This document shows positions 38,996 to 48,170 of a stretch of DNA of 64,000 nt, piece by piece. Under the pieces are notes generated by a model, which saw only the letters and a program-made list of their open reading frames with translations, had not been told where the DNA came from and made no database searches. This DNA is from a virus (taxonomy: Duplodnaviria > Caudoviricetes). The stretch is taken from the IMG/VR virus record IMGVR_UViG_3300030376_002811, positions 5,183 through 69,182 of that record, one strand, 5' to 3'. The translations under genes were made by a program, and so were the position numbers. The stretch's first letter is position 1, and the number at the start of each line of letters is the position of its first letter.

Positions 38996-40068
38996 TAGCA
39001 GTTAGCTATACTAGTTACAATACCGTCAGAACTAACTGTTACTTGTTTTACAACACCAGGAGTTATCTCAACAGGATATGTTCCTGCGGCAAGCTGACCA
39101 ACAGCGTTAAAATCTTGGAAAGCCCAGTCGTTAACTTCTACTGTTGTATCTTGATTGTAGCCTGTTGAGTTAAAAGTATTGCCTTCGGCATGACTTACAT
39201 CTACGTACCAAAACGCTCCTGGAGATATTGATATATCTATACCTACAGCGTTAGTAGCAGGGTTTGATAACGTAGCAACATTTGGATTACCTCCAACGTT
39301 GACAGCTGATATTCTTGTGTAAAGCGGTATGCCTGGACCAAACACAAACTCATTAATTGAACCTGATATATCTGATCCTGCGTTAAGTGTAGTTCCGCCT
39401 GTTATTGCCGCGCCTGTAAGCAGATTTATTGTAGAGCAAGCTTTTCCTTCTCCACCCATTGCCTTTCCATTCAAGTTCTTCGCACAGTACATGTCAACCC
39501 TCCAGCCTGTTCCAGGGCATGGTCCATCTATAACTAAAGTTACGTTTGTAGGAGATAAGCTTGGTTTTGGAATAACCATAGTACAATCTCCAGGAGCACT
39601 GTTAGTTAAAGTTACTTGAGAAGCTGTATAAGCATTACCTCCGTTTAAGTCTACAGTAGTACCATCTGATTCAAAAGCTTCAGCTTCAGTATCGTAATAA
39701 TGATTGTTTCCAGTAAAAGTTGCACCGTTGCTACCATTAGCGTTTGTTAAACCACAGTTTGATCCAGCAGATATAGTTCCAACAACGCCTTCTAAATAAC
39801 CTTCACTTGCTGAAGAATACTCTGAAGCTGTAGTACCATCGTAGGTCCAAGCACATCTATCAGGAACTGACAAAGGATTGAACTTAACTATCACGGCGCC
39901 AGTTGGAGAACCCATATTACCAATTAAAGTATATAAGCCTCTACCACCAGCTCCATTAATTTGAACTGGACAAGCTATAATAGGGTTTTCGCCAGAAACG
40001 TCATCCGCTAAAATGTGGTAAGACATTTCACTATGGTTTAGGCCCACGGCCATTCCGTGTTTACTCAT
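38995..40068 (-). CDS. Putative structural/adhesin-like protein, 357 aa
   Basis: G/T/S/N-rich beta protein with several Cys. Confidence 0.5.
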   Translation of the reverse strand: MSKHGMAVGLNHSEMSYHILADDVSGENPIIACPVQINGAGGRGLYTLIGNMGSPTGAVIVKFNPLSVPDRCAWTYDGTTASEYSSASEGYLEGVVGTISAGSNCGLTNANGSNGATFTGNNHYYDTEAEAFESDGTTVDLNGGNAYTASQVTLTNSAPGDCTMVIPKPSLSPTNVTLVIDGPCPGTGWRVDMYCAKNLNGKAMGGEGKACSTINLLTGAAITGGTTLNAGSDISGSINEFVFGPGIPLYTRISAVNVGGNPNVATLSNPATNAVGIDISISPGAFWYVDVSHAEGNTFNSTGYNQDTTVEVNDWAFQDFNAVGQLAAGTYPVEITPGVVKQVTVSSDGIVTSIANC

Positions 40069-40691
40069 TATACACCGTAATAACAGATTATACCGCCGTC
40101 ATCATCTGCAGATGGCTTAACCTCTGCCCAACGTCCATAGATAATCATACCTTTTGGATAAACAATAGCCGCAGCATCTTCACCACCCGCACCAGATCCA
40201 GCAGAATCTAGAAACGTTAAAGTAGTACCCCCGCCGTTTGCGGCCTTAATAGGTTGATCAATATGTACTTTTAAACCTCCGCCAGTAACCTTAGTAACAA
40301 ACGCACCTTCATAAGATCCGTCAGGAACCAATAAGTTTGTTGTAGCATTACCAGTACCGTTTTGCTCGATTACCATTTGGCCAACTTTGATATTAGCGTT
40401 TACCGCGTTTAGTGTAATCTCTTGATTCGGCGTGTACGTTACAGTACCACCAGTGCCGTTTGGAATAGTAGCAGTTGTAGTACCATCAGCATGAGCAGCT
40501 TCACCAATAGCGAAACACTCAAAGTTCTTTCTATTTCTTTCGTCCATCTGTCTTAAAACAGTTGGGGTGTTAGCCGCTAAAAACTGTATTGCTACAATAG
40601 CCATACCTTTTGGAGGATACACAGAGTTAGCGGTTTTACAGTGTACACTACCCATTTGGCCGAAGCCATAACTTACAATATCGTCTGCCAT
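40068..40691 (-). CDS. Putative structural protein, 207 aa
   Basis: N-terminal PPKGMAIVAIQFLA and C-terminal YPKGMIIYGRW flank a T/G-rich insert. Confidence 0.5.
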   Translation of the reverse strand: MADDIVSYGFGQMGSVHCKTANSVYPPKGMAIVAIQFLAANTPTVLRQMDERNRKNFECFAIGEAAHADGTTTATIPNGTGGTVTYTPNQEITLNAVNANIKVGQMVIEQNGTGNATTNLLVPDGSYEGAFVTKVTGGGLKVHIDQPIKAANGGGTTLTFLDSAGSGAGGEDAAAIVYPKGMIIYGRWAEVKPSADDDGGIICYYGV

Positions 40692-40695
40692 TTTT

Positions 40696-41088
40696 TTATT
40701 TTTTTACTTTTTCTAGTGAGCGTCCGCCGAAATAAGCGCCGATCACGGTTATTAATACTAGTTGAAGAAGGTCTATATATGAGTCCTTCACGTTAAATTT
40801 AATTGCACCAGCATCAATAAATATTAATAGCATCGTGCATACTATTAAGAATATTAACGTCATTGGACGTACATTCTTGCTAAGCCATGAATCTGACTTT
40901 AAATCTGCCTCCCAACGAGATGTGATATTCTTTTCCATCTCAACCTCGTAGTTAGCGATTAATTCTTTTATTTTTCTTTCAGCTTCGAGTTTCTCTTCTT
41001 TAGATGTAGTTAAGTTATCTAAAACTCCACCTACATTCTTTACAAGATCAGCAGCGCCACCTGAAAACATTTTAGTTAATATACTCAT
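40696..41088 (-). CDS. Holin, GTA 3TM type, 130 aa
   Basis: LVKNVGGVLDNLTTSKEEKLEA...RWEADLKSDSWLSKNVRPMTLIFL...YFGGRSLEKVKK. Confidence 0.8.
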   Translation of the reverse strand: MSILTKMFSGGAADLVKNVGGVLDNLTTSKEEKLEAERKIKELIANYEVEMEKNITSRWEADLKSDSWLSKNVRPMTLIFLIVCTMLLIFIDAGAIKFNVKDSYIDLLQLVLITVIGAYFGGRSLEKVKK

Positions 41089-41303
41089 TTAGATTTTACT
41101 TTTTCAAACGAACTAATGCCAAAGCAACCTAACGTAACCCATACAAATGAATTGTAAACAACCTCGTTTATAATTAAATCTTTATCAGCTAAAACGCTAG
41201 TGCCAAGATCAGCTACAGCAAATAATACCATAACTACGAACGAAGCAAAACCTACCACGTTCTTTTCGTTGATTTCGTTTTTATCTTTAAAAAGACTCCA
41301 CAT
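41085..41303 (-). CDS. Two-TM membrane protein, 72 aa
   Basis: Two hydrophobic segments; adjacent to the holin. Confidence 0.6.
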   Translation of the reverse strand: MWSLFKDKNEINEKNVVGFASFVVMVLFAVADLGTSVLADKDLIINEVVYNSFVWVTLGCFGISSFEKVKSK

Positions 41304-41304
41304 A

Positions 41305-41721
41305 TTACTTTTTCTTTGGCTTCTTAGGAACTACTGGAGGAGTAGCATAAATTGTATCTGAAGGATTATCTAGGTTTGTAGCAAAGAGTCTACCCGTCTT
41401 ATCCTTTTGTAGTTCGCTAGTTTGCTCTTCTGTGATATTTGTTCTTGGTGTCCCATCTTTGTTATACATGTCAGTTTTATACGTCATGTAATCACCTTCT
41501 TTTAGCTCATCAGATGGTATATACTTCGTATCGGTTTTCCAATTTTTGCGATCATGCTGCTTATCTAACTCAGCCATAAGACGCGCTTGTGTTTCTTCTT
41601 TTGTTTCCCCTTTTTTAGCCATAGGATCCGTTTGGTTCAGTGGAGAACCAGTACTCTTCATTTTACCATAAAAAGAAGAACCTTTCATTTTAAATCCTGT
41701 GTTAGGTTTGAATTTTGGCAT
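41305..41721 (-). CDS. Basic protein with FKMKG-type N-terminal tag, 138 aa
   Basis: MPKFKPNTGFKMKGSSFY...GSPLNQ. Confidence 0.6.
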   Translation of the reverse strand: MPKFKPNTGFKMKGSSFYGKMKSTGSPLNQTDPMAKKGETKEETQARLMAELDKQHDRKNWKTDTKYIPSDELKEGDYMTYKTDMYNKDGTPRTNITEEQTSELQKDKTGRLFATNLDNPSDTIYATPPVVPKKPKKK

Positions 41722-41724
41722 TGT

Positions 41725-42072
41725 TTAATTTTTTGCGTAAGCTACTTTTTCCCAAGGAAAACTTTTACTTCCCTCTTCTAACCACTTACCGTTATACTTT
41801 ATTTTTCCGTTTTTTCTAGGATATGTTTTACCACTCCATCTTAAGTAATCATCACCATAAGATAATTTACCACTTCTCATATCATTCACGTGCTGAGTTT
41901 CATGTCTAATAACACTTTTATCTAAAGCGCTACCAGGCTTTACATCTTTATCAATATGAACTTCACCATTGTCATGAGCCTCTCCATAAATACCGTCTAG
42001 ATCACGCCTAACAATTTTAACATTGCTGGAATTTTTCATACCTCTAGATTCTTTACCCATTTTAAAACCCAT
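41725..42072 (-). CDS. Small zincin-like (HExxH) protein, 115 aa
   Basis: VHIDKDV...VIRHETQHVNDM; N-terminus MGFKMGK. Confidence 0.55.
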   Translation of the reverse strand: MGFKMGKESRGMKNSSNVKIVRRDLDGIYGEAHDNGEVHIDKDVKPGSALDKSVIRHETQHVNDMRSGKLSYGDDYLRWSGKTYPRKNGKIKYNGKWLEEGSKSFPWEKVAYAKN

Positions 42073-42073
42073 A

Positions 42074-42514
42074 CTATCTATCTTTATCTTTTATCATATC
42101 ATCAATAGCCTTGTTGTAAACTTTATCAGTATATGACTTGTTATTGTAAAAAATACTTCTATCTGATGTCGGTAAATCTTCTTCACCCAAGAGTATTCTA
42201 TAAATCCTACTTATTAATTGAGAACATTTAAAAGAAGTTTTATAAATTGAATATTTAATGTCTGTTCTGTTTCTTTGTCTCCAGACCTCAATCCAACCAG
42301 CTCTTCTTAATCGCTCCCAACGGTCTTTATCCCAACTCATGGTATAAACACCATCTATAAATTCTTGTCTTGTAAACCTTTGTTTGCAGTCAAGATATAT
42401 TAAAAGTTCTAAATCCGCATCTTTTAATCCGTAAGTCTTACAAGCCCACTTTCTAGTGAGCCTGTAATACTTAAAGATTTGTAGCTCTCTTATATCGTTA
42501 GAACTTATTCTCAA
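42074..42514 (-). CDS. Putative winged-helix DNA-binding protein, 146 aa
   Basis: DLELLIYL...FTRQEF...WERLRRAGWIEVWR...YKTSFK fits a MarR-like wHTH pattern. Confidence 0.45.
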   Translation of the reverse strand: MRISSNDIRELQIFKYYRLTRKWACKTYGLKDADLELLIYLDCKQRFTRQEFIDGVYTMSWDKDRWERLRRAGWIEVWRQRNRTDIKYSIYKTSFKCSQLISRIYRILLGEEDLPTSDRSIFYNNKSYTDKVYNKAIDDMIKDKDR

Positions 42515-42515
42515 A

Positions 42516-43337
42516 TTACTGGTTTAAAGCAATTGAAATACCAGCAACGTTTAAGTTAGGGTGACTAAGTAGGTCACTATCAAAGTGATCGCCTCCGTCA
42601 TAAACAGGAATTAAACCTTGGTACATTTTACCAGCATTTACAGCGTTAGTAAGAACGTTCATGATCTCTTTCTCATCACCACCAGCTCCAGCGTGGAATA
42701 TAGAAACAATATCTCTAGCCCAAGTACCAGCAACTGATTTAAAGTGAACATCAATTTGTGTTTGGCTTACAACCTCAGCTCCTAAGAAAGAAGATTCAGG
42801 CCATATAGCGAACAAACCACTTCTGTCAGCATCGTTGTCATGGTCGTGACCACCAACAGCATCACCAGCCGCGGCACCTTTGTATCTAATCTCTACAATG
42901 TCTCCATCTGCACCTTTAACACCGTGATCAGTGTCTGCGCCAGAACCACTCATTCCTTTAATCACAATATCCTGTGAATTGTTAGCGAACGTGTAGCTTT
43001 CAGTTTCAGTTAAAAGATACCTTGTTCCCGCTACAGCAGCTTGGCTTCCAAATTTACCACCCGCGTTATAATCTGCGCCAAAGTAAGAACCGGCGTCAGC
43101 GGTTGCAGGTATGATAGTAACATCTATGTCAGCTTGCTCAGCAGAAGTTCTGTATGCAGATCCACCCATTTGAGCAGCGCCTTCGATTGCATCTGATACA
43201 GCTCCTTTACCAGATGTTCTTGATCTATGCTGCATACGAATAACTTTATCTAGTTCAATAGTAAGAGTGCCGTCGATTGCCCCCGCCATTCTATTACGAA
43301 TCTTATCGTTGATAGCGAAATATAAATAATTTTTCAT
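42516..43337 (-). CDS. Paralog family member with large insertion, 273 aa
   Basis: YLYF at the N-terminus; the C-terminal half aligns with the two upstream ORFs. Confidence 0.55.
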   Translation of the reverse strand: MKNYLYFAINDKIRNRMAGAIDGTLTIELDKVIRMQHRSRTSGKGAVSDAIEGAAQMGGSAYRTSAEQADIDVTIIPATADAGSYFGADYNAGGKFGSQAAVAGTRYLLTETESYTFANNSQDIVIKGMSGSGADTDHGVKGADGDIVEIRYKGAAAGDAVGGHDHDNDADRSGLFAIWPESSFLGAEVVSQTQIDVHFKSVAGTWARDIVSIFHAGAGGDEKEIMNVLTNAVNAGKMYQGLIPVYDGGDHFDSDLLSHPNLNVAGISIALNQ

Positions 43338-43365
43338 TTTCTTTTTTTTTATTTTATGTTAAACA

Positions 43366-43731
43366 CTAGTCAGCAACCACTATAGAACAGTTAGTAATTT
43401 CAGGAAGTATATACAACCCGTTTCTCTTGTCTGCTACTTTAATAAACTTGCGACCTTCAGCTTGGATCATTTTAATCAATTCATTACATATTTGAGGTAA
43501 AGTATAAGTAGCGCTTGTTGCTGTTAAACTAACATAATCTACATCATCATCACCGTGTAAGCTTCTGAACAGAATATCTATAGTTCTACCAGTTGCACGA
43601 ACCATGATACCCGTGATAGTATCAGTAGGTATCAAGACATCAGTGTAGTCGTTAGATCCAGTTTTTGTTGAGGCAGTAGTAATATCTGAGAAAAACAGAT
43701 AGTTACTTAAACCTTTTACATTATTTGCCAT
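43366..43731 (-). CDS. Paralog family member, 121 aa
   Basis: NYLFFSD...ITGI...IDILF...DYVSLT...IKVAD. Confidence 0.55.
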   Translation of the reverse strand: MANNVKGLSNYLFFSDITTASTKTGSNDYTDVLIPTDTITGIMVRATGRTIDILFRSLHGDDDVDYVSLTATSATYTLPQICNELIKMIQAEGRKFIKVADKRNGLYILPEITNCSIVVAD

Positions 43732-43758
43732 TTTCTAATTTTTTTAATAAGTTAATAA

Positions 43759-44175
43759 TTACGCGTCAAAAGCAATACTTGTTCCTAACGTAGTTGTTTT
43801 CATTGGTAAGTTCTTAGCGAACAATCTATTTTGATCATCAGCAACTACGATCATAGTTCTGTTAGGATTTTGAGTAAAAATCTCAGCTAGACCTTCACAA
43901 ATAACTTCAAACGCAGGTATTGTTACCGCTGTTCTTGTGCCGTCTGCATTTTTAGTAAAACCAGTTTGCACAGTAGCATCATGCGTGATTGTAACAACGT
44001 CAACAGCTGCACCAGCAGAAGTAGCGTCGTGTGTTTGAGGTTCAAAGTGAATAGTCGTAGTGGTAGTACTCAAAGGTCTAACACCTAATAAACGTGATGC
44101 TCTAAACAATCCACCAGAGTTTGACCCGCTGACGTCAGAAAAGTACACATAAACTTCATCATTTCCAGAATTCAT
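43759..44175 (-). CDS. Paralog family member, 138 aa
   Basis: YVYFSD...SRLLGV...TIHF...DVVTITH...IVVADD. Confidence 0.55.
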   Translation of the reverse strand: MNSGNDEVYVYFSDVSGSNSGGLFRASRLLGVRPLSTTTTTIHFEPQTHDATSAGAAVDVVTITHDATVQTGFTKNADGTRTAVTIPAFEVICEGLAEIFTQNPNRTMIVVADDQNRLFAKNLPMKTTTLGTSIAFDA

Positions 44176-44246
44176 AATTCTTCTTTTTTTTTAGTTAATA
44201 AATAGTTTTGTTTTTAAGTTTACAGGTCTAGGTTTACGGTTTAGGT

Positions 44247-44504
44247 TTATTCCACTAAAACAACATCGTTTACGCGGATTACGTAATACAACTTATCATT
44301 CCATGTTATTCCATGGCCTGCGTGTTTATCATAGAATATAATATCTCCATCTTTTAATCCTTCAATAAGATTTCCAACGGATATAATTTTTCCTTTAAAA
44401 TATCTATTGTCCTCATCTAATTCCTCAGTGAAGACCATTCCACCTATTTCTTTTAGGCTTTCTTTTATTTCGTCTACAATTATATAGTTATTTACTGCTT
44501 TCAT
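44247..44504 (-). CDS. groES: Co-chaperonin GroES, 85 aa
   Basis: KAVNNYIIV...GGMVF...GKIISVG...LKDGDIIFYDKHAG...YYVIRVNDVV; overlaps the groEL start. Confidence 0.85.
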   Translation of the reverse strand: MKAVNNYIIVDEIKESLKEIGGMVFTEELDEDNRYFKGKIISVGNLIEGLKDGDIIFYDKHAGHGITWNDKLYYVIRVNDVVLVE

Positions 44505-46065
44505 CTGATCTCATATTTGAAATTACACATTCAGCAGAAACTACAGTTGTAGCGACAGATATTGCATTTTTTAAAGCTGACTTAGTTACAAGGACTGGAT
44601 CTATAATACCAGTTTTAACCATATCAACTTCTTTGCCAGTTGTAACATCAACACCAAATCCTTCTTTATAAATATCTTTTATTTCAAGATTTGCGTTATC
44701 CATTATAGTTGCAAAGGGTGATTTTATAGCTTCAAACAATATTTTTTCACCATCGTTTTCAGCTTTTAAGTTTATTGATGCATTTAGCAAAGCAATACCA
44801 CCGCCAGGTACAATACCTTCTTTTAGCGCTGCTTTTGTGGCGTGTATAGCATCTTCAACTCTATCTTTCTTTTCTTTTAATTCTACTTTTGAATCAGCAC
44901 CAACCTTCATAATAGCAACTGATCCACATAGCATAGCTAATCTTTCTTCTAGTTTCTTTTTAATAAAACCGTTTTTCTCTTTAGCTATTTTATTTTTTAC
45001 AAGCTTAACTCTATCTTTTAGCTCTTTTGTTTTTTCTTCACTATTAAGAGTTAACACTGTTTTGTCAGAGTACGTTATACTTGTTGAAACCTCACCAAGC
45101 TCTTCTGGTGTCATTAAATCTAAATCATCACCTAAAGACTCGTTGTAAACTTTTGCATTTACTAATAATGCTAAATCTTGTATAGTATCTGGTCTAGTAG
45201 GTCCAAAGCCTGGAGGATCGATAATATTTACACTAATATTACCTTTCATCTTATTCATGTATAAAGCACTCTGAACTTGTTGAGACACCTTAGATACTAT
45301 AAGTAAAGATCTTTTGTTTTTGATTACATACTCTAGTATGCTTTGTATTTTTCTAGTGCTAGGTATTTCCGATGCACTAACTAATACTAGCGGATCTTCT
45401 AATTCACAAACACCTTTATCTGTATCTGTTATAAAATGAGCAGATGTTATTCCACATGTATTAAGTTGTACTCCTTCTACTACATTTACGTAGGTTTCGT
45501 TCGTTTCAGACTCTTCCATCAGAACAACACCGTCTTTACCTACTTTTTCGTAAGCGGTGGCTATAATCTCTCCAAGAACTGCGTCGTTGTTACAACTAAT
45601 AGATCCCACGCTCTTAAGCATGTCTCCTTCAACTGCAATAGATATATTTTCAAGATACTTGTAGATTTTTTCCAGTCCTGAATAAATACCTGCTTTAATT
45701 TCTCTAACATTTTTATTGCTTGTTGTTTTGTATATGTACTGTATCAATGACTCAGCCAATACTGTAGCTGTAGTAGTTCCATCACCAGCCTCTCTTACTG
45801 TGTTTTGAGCGGCCTCTTTAATTAGTGTGGCACCCATGTTTTCAACCGGATCATACAAGACTACGCTTTCTGCAACGGTTACACCGTCTTTTGTGATTAC
45901 CGGTTTACCGAGCGCGTCTTCGTAAATTACACACTTACCGGAAGCTCCGAGTGTTGATTTTACTGCTTTTGCAAGTTTTTCGACGCCGCTCACAATTTTC
46001 TCTCTAGCTTCCGACGAAAAGTTTAAATCTTTTATCAGAAGCGAAGGATTGTTAAATTCGCTCAT
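44488..46065 (-). CDS. groEL: Chaperonin GroEL, 525 aa
   Basis: STLGASG, ITKDGVTVA, AGDGTTTATVLA, KDRVEDAIHATKAALKEGIVPGGG and GIIDPVLVT; no GGM tail. Confidence 0.95.
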   Translation of the reverse strand: MSEFNNPSLLIKDLNFSSEAREKIVSGVEKLAKAVKSTLGASGKCVIYEDALGKPVITKDGVTVAESVVLYDPVENMGATLIKEAAQNTVREAGDGTTTATVLAESLIQYIYKTTSNKNVREIKAGIYSGLEKIYKYLENISIAVEGDMLKSVGSISCNNDAVLGEIIATAYEKVGKDGVVLMEESETNETYVNVVEGVQLNTCGITSAHFITDTDKGVCELEDPLVLVSASEIPSTRKIQSILEYVIKNKRSLLIVSKVSQQVQSALYMNKMKGNISVNIIDPPGFGPTRPDTIQDLALLVNAKVYNESLGDDLDLMTPEELGEVSTSITYSDKTVLTLNSEEKTKELKDRVKLVKNKIAKEKNGFIKKKLEERLAMLCGSVAIMKVGADSKVELKEKKDRVEDAIHATKAALKEGIVPGGGIALLNASINLKAENDGEKILFEAIKSPFATIMDNANLEIKDIYKEGFGVDVTTGKEVDMVKTGIIDPVLVTKSALKNAISVATTVVSAECVISNMRSDESSK

Positions 46066-46086
46066 TATTTTATTAAATTAAATTAA

Positions 46087-46111
46087 ATTACTTTTATTTA
46101 AAAGTTTTTAC
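46087..46111 (-). promoter_or_regulatory. Candidate late promoter GTAA-N16-GTAAT
   Basis: GTAA aaacttttaaataaaa GTAAT upstream of groEL. Confidence 0.4.
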
Positions 46112-46387
46112 GACCTTAGGTCCTTTTGACGTTTCAATCTTCTTATTGAAATGTTCAATCGTTCCATCAATAGCTGCTTCAGCTCCTTCCATCGTTTCTC
46201 GTCTAGTGACATCTTTCCAGTTTTCAATTTCACCTGGTTTAGAAACTTCTGTTTGATAGAATCCATTTGGTAGTTGAGTTATTCTCCAGTTTGCCTTATC
46301 GGCTAAGTGTTTCCACTCTTCAACTGTTTTCTCACTCGGTTTTTGGTTGCTAGCGTACGTGCTAGTCTTGTAATACAAATAAGTCAT
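46094..46387 (-). CDS. Conserved phage hypothetical protein, 97 aa
   Basis: KANWRITQLPNGFYQTE...VTRRETMEGAEAAIDGTIEHF; adjacent to groEL. Confidence 0.6.
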   Translation of the reverse strand: MTYLYYKTSTYASNQKPSEKTVEEWKHLADKANWRITQLPNGFYQTEVSKPGEIENWKDVTRRETMEGAEAAIDGTIEHFNKKIETSKGPKVVKTFK

Positions 46388-46444
46388 AATTTTGGTTTTT
46401 TTTGGTTAATATTGACTTGGTTTAGGGGCTTTCCCTATTTTTTC

Positions 46445-47170
46445 TTATTTATTTCTAATTTTTGATGCTTTATTAAATTTTCTAGCAGCTCTCTTGTCTA
46501 GTCTATCTGATTTTTTGGTGTTTCCAGCATCAAACTCATCCATAGCCTTAGCTTGAATTTCGTGACCTTTCTTTCTTAGCCTGTCATGTCTTCTACCGTA
46601 TTCTGATTCTGATTGTGGAGTTGGCGAATATTTTTGCATCATTGCAGCTTCTCCACCCATCGCTGGGTTTCTAGCTAATACACTAGCAGGATTATCTACT
46701 ACACCATCTATTGCTCCTTGTACCTTTTCACCTCCAATAATTCTAGCTGCTTTAGCAACTGGATTTAAAAAGCCTAAAGCTCCTTGACCAGATGCGATAT
46801 TTTTAATACCACCTACAAGTCCTTTTAAGAATTTAGCTGGAGGTGCCTTTGTTCCGTAGTTTATACCGCTGCCAGACTCTTTTTCGTTCTTCTTGATTGC
46901 TAAGCTTTGTTTCAACGTTTCAACCTTGTCATTTGATTCTTTAACGTTGTTCTTTGTTTCGCCTGTTGTAGCACCATCTTTTTGCATTTTCCTTGCATCA
47001 GCAGGAGTAAAGCCCTCAGCAATAAGATCTTCTATAGATTTTTTATCTGCTGTTTGCTGAAGCGGGCTAGAGTTAGCTCTTCCGTCCTTAGCAGTTTTAT
47101 AATCTCTAGCTACGTTTAATTTTTTATATCCTGGGTATAATCCCGGGCCTTTCATTTTAAAGTCACCCAT
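46445..47170 (-). CDS. FKMKG-tag protein, 241 aa
   Basis: MGDFKMKGPGLYP; internal SPLQQ and SPTPQ; amphipathic Gly/Ala-rich middle. Confidence 0.65.
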   Translation of the reverse strand: MGDFKMKGPGLYPGYKKLNVARDYKTAKDGRANSSPLQQTADKKSIEDLIAEGFTPADARKMQKDGATTGETKNNVKESNDKVETLKQSLAIKKNEKESGSGINYGTKAPPAKFLKGLVGGIKNIASGQGALGFLNPVAKAARIIGGEKVQGAIDGVVDNPASVLARNPAMGGEAAMMQKYSPTPQSESEYGRRHDRLRKKGHEIQAKAMDEFDAGNTKKSDRLDKRAARKFNKASKIRNK

Positions 47171-47194
47171 TTTTTCTTGTTTTATGTATATATT

Positions 47195-47219
47195 ATTACT
47201 TGTTTTGTAAATAAGTTAC
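47195..47219 (-). promoter_or_regulatory. Candidate late promoter GTAA-N16-GTAAT
   Basis: GTAA cttatttacaaaacaa GTAATAATA upstream of 47170. Confidence 0.45.
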
Positions 47220-47710
47220 CCTCTGTTTTTGCCGTCATCAATCTTAGGTACACTTACACCTATTTTCGATGTTGATGGTTTGCTTGATTTAGCAACTTGA
47301 TCAACCATTTGATCACCTCTTTTAATAACTTCTTTTGTTTTCTTAACGGTTTTAGCTGTTTTAGCAATTTTAGAAGCTGTAGATCCGGCTTTGTAAGCGA
47401 GTCTACCTCCAACAACAGCTTGACCTGCTATAGGAATTGCCGCAGCTAAATTTAAAGCAACGTTACCAGCATGCTTTTTAGCTCCTTTTGTATCTCCTGT
47501 AACCGCCGCGTAGCCACTTCTCACTCCTGATATACCAGCGTTTACTAAATCTGCAGCATTTCCAAAGGCTGGTATCAATCCTGCAGCCATTACACCAGTT
47601 TGAACATTATCCAATGCTTTCGACCAATCAAAATGTAAAGGACTACCCATATATCCCACAGGTGTCTTCCTATTATTACCTGAAAATTTAGCTTCTTTTC
47701 TTTTTCCCAT
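47216..47710 (-). CDS. Protein with a pre-toxin TG-like domain, 164 aa
   Basis: LDNVQTGVMAAGLIPAFGNAADLVNAGIS...VTGD...ALNLAAAIPIAG resembles PT-TG helical hairpins. Confidence 0.5.
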   Translation of the reverse strand: MGKRKEAKFSGNNRKTPVGYMGSPLHFDWSKALDNVQTGVMAAGLIPAFGNAADLVNAGISGVRSGYAAVTGDTKGAKKHAGNVALNLAAAIPIAGQAVVGGRLAYKAGSTASKIAKTAKTVKKTKEVIKRGDQMVDQVAKSSKPSTSKIGVSVPKIDDGKNRG

Positions 47711-48159
47711 TATTCTTTTGGTTTACCTGTTTTCTTGTCAACAGGGACTTTAACAACTTTGCCATCTACTAACTTCATAGTGTAACCGCGCTTTTTAGCT
47801 ATTTCAATCATTTTAGCATCTTCACGAGCGGCTTCAGCATCCATGTCAGAGCTAGACTCTTTTTCTTTAACTTTCTTCTGTGGAGTTGGTGATTTTCTAA
47901 GTGATTCTGTTAAAGCTTTCTTTTTAGCGTTATATTCGTCTTTAGTGATTTTACCATCTTTTAAATCCTGCATTAGCTTTCCAGCTCCTTTCTCATAAGC
48001 AGCGTTATTTCCACCAGTAACAGGATCTACCTTGTTTATATCGCTAGGATTTTCTTTTTCGTTAGCTTTATCTCTACTAGCTGTAGGTCCTGATTGAGGT
48101 TTTCTTTGTTTAGTGGGCGTATTTCTGTATAAAGAAGGCCCTTTCATCTTAAATGTCAT
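47710..48159 (-). CDS. FKMKG-tag basic protein, 149 aa
   Basis: MTFKMKGPSLYRNTPTKQ. Confidence 0.65.
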   Translation of the reverse strand: MTFKMKGPSLYRNTPTKQRKPQSGPTASRDKANEKENPSDINKVDPVTGGNNAAYEKGAGKLMQDLKDGKITKDEYNAKKKALTESLRKSPTPQKKVKEKESSSDMDAEAAREDAKMIEIAKKRGYTMKLVDGKVVKVPVDKKTGKPKE

Positions 48160-48170
48160 GTTTTTTATAT

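Noticed and set aside
43339-44190. Poly-T tracts as phase-variation switches
   Set aside because: They are intergenic A-rich translation-initiation regions on the minus strand, typical of Bacteroidota-type genes, and do not interrupt reading frames.
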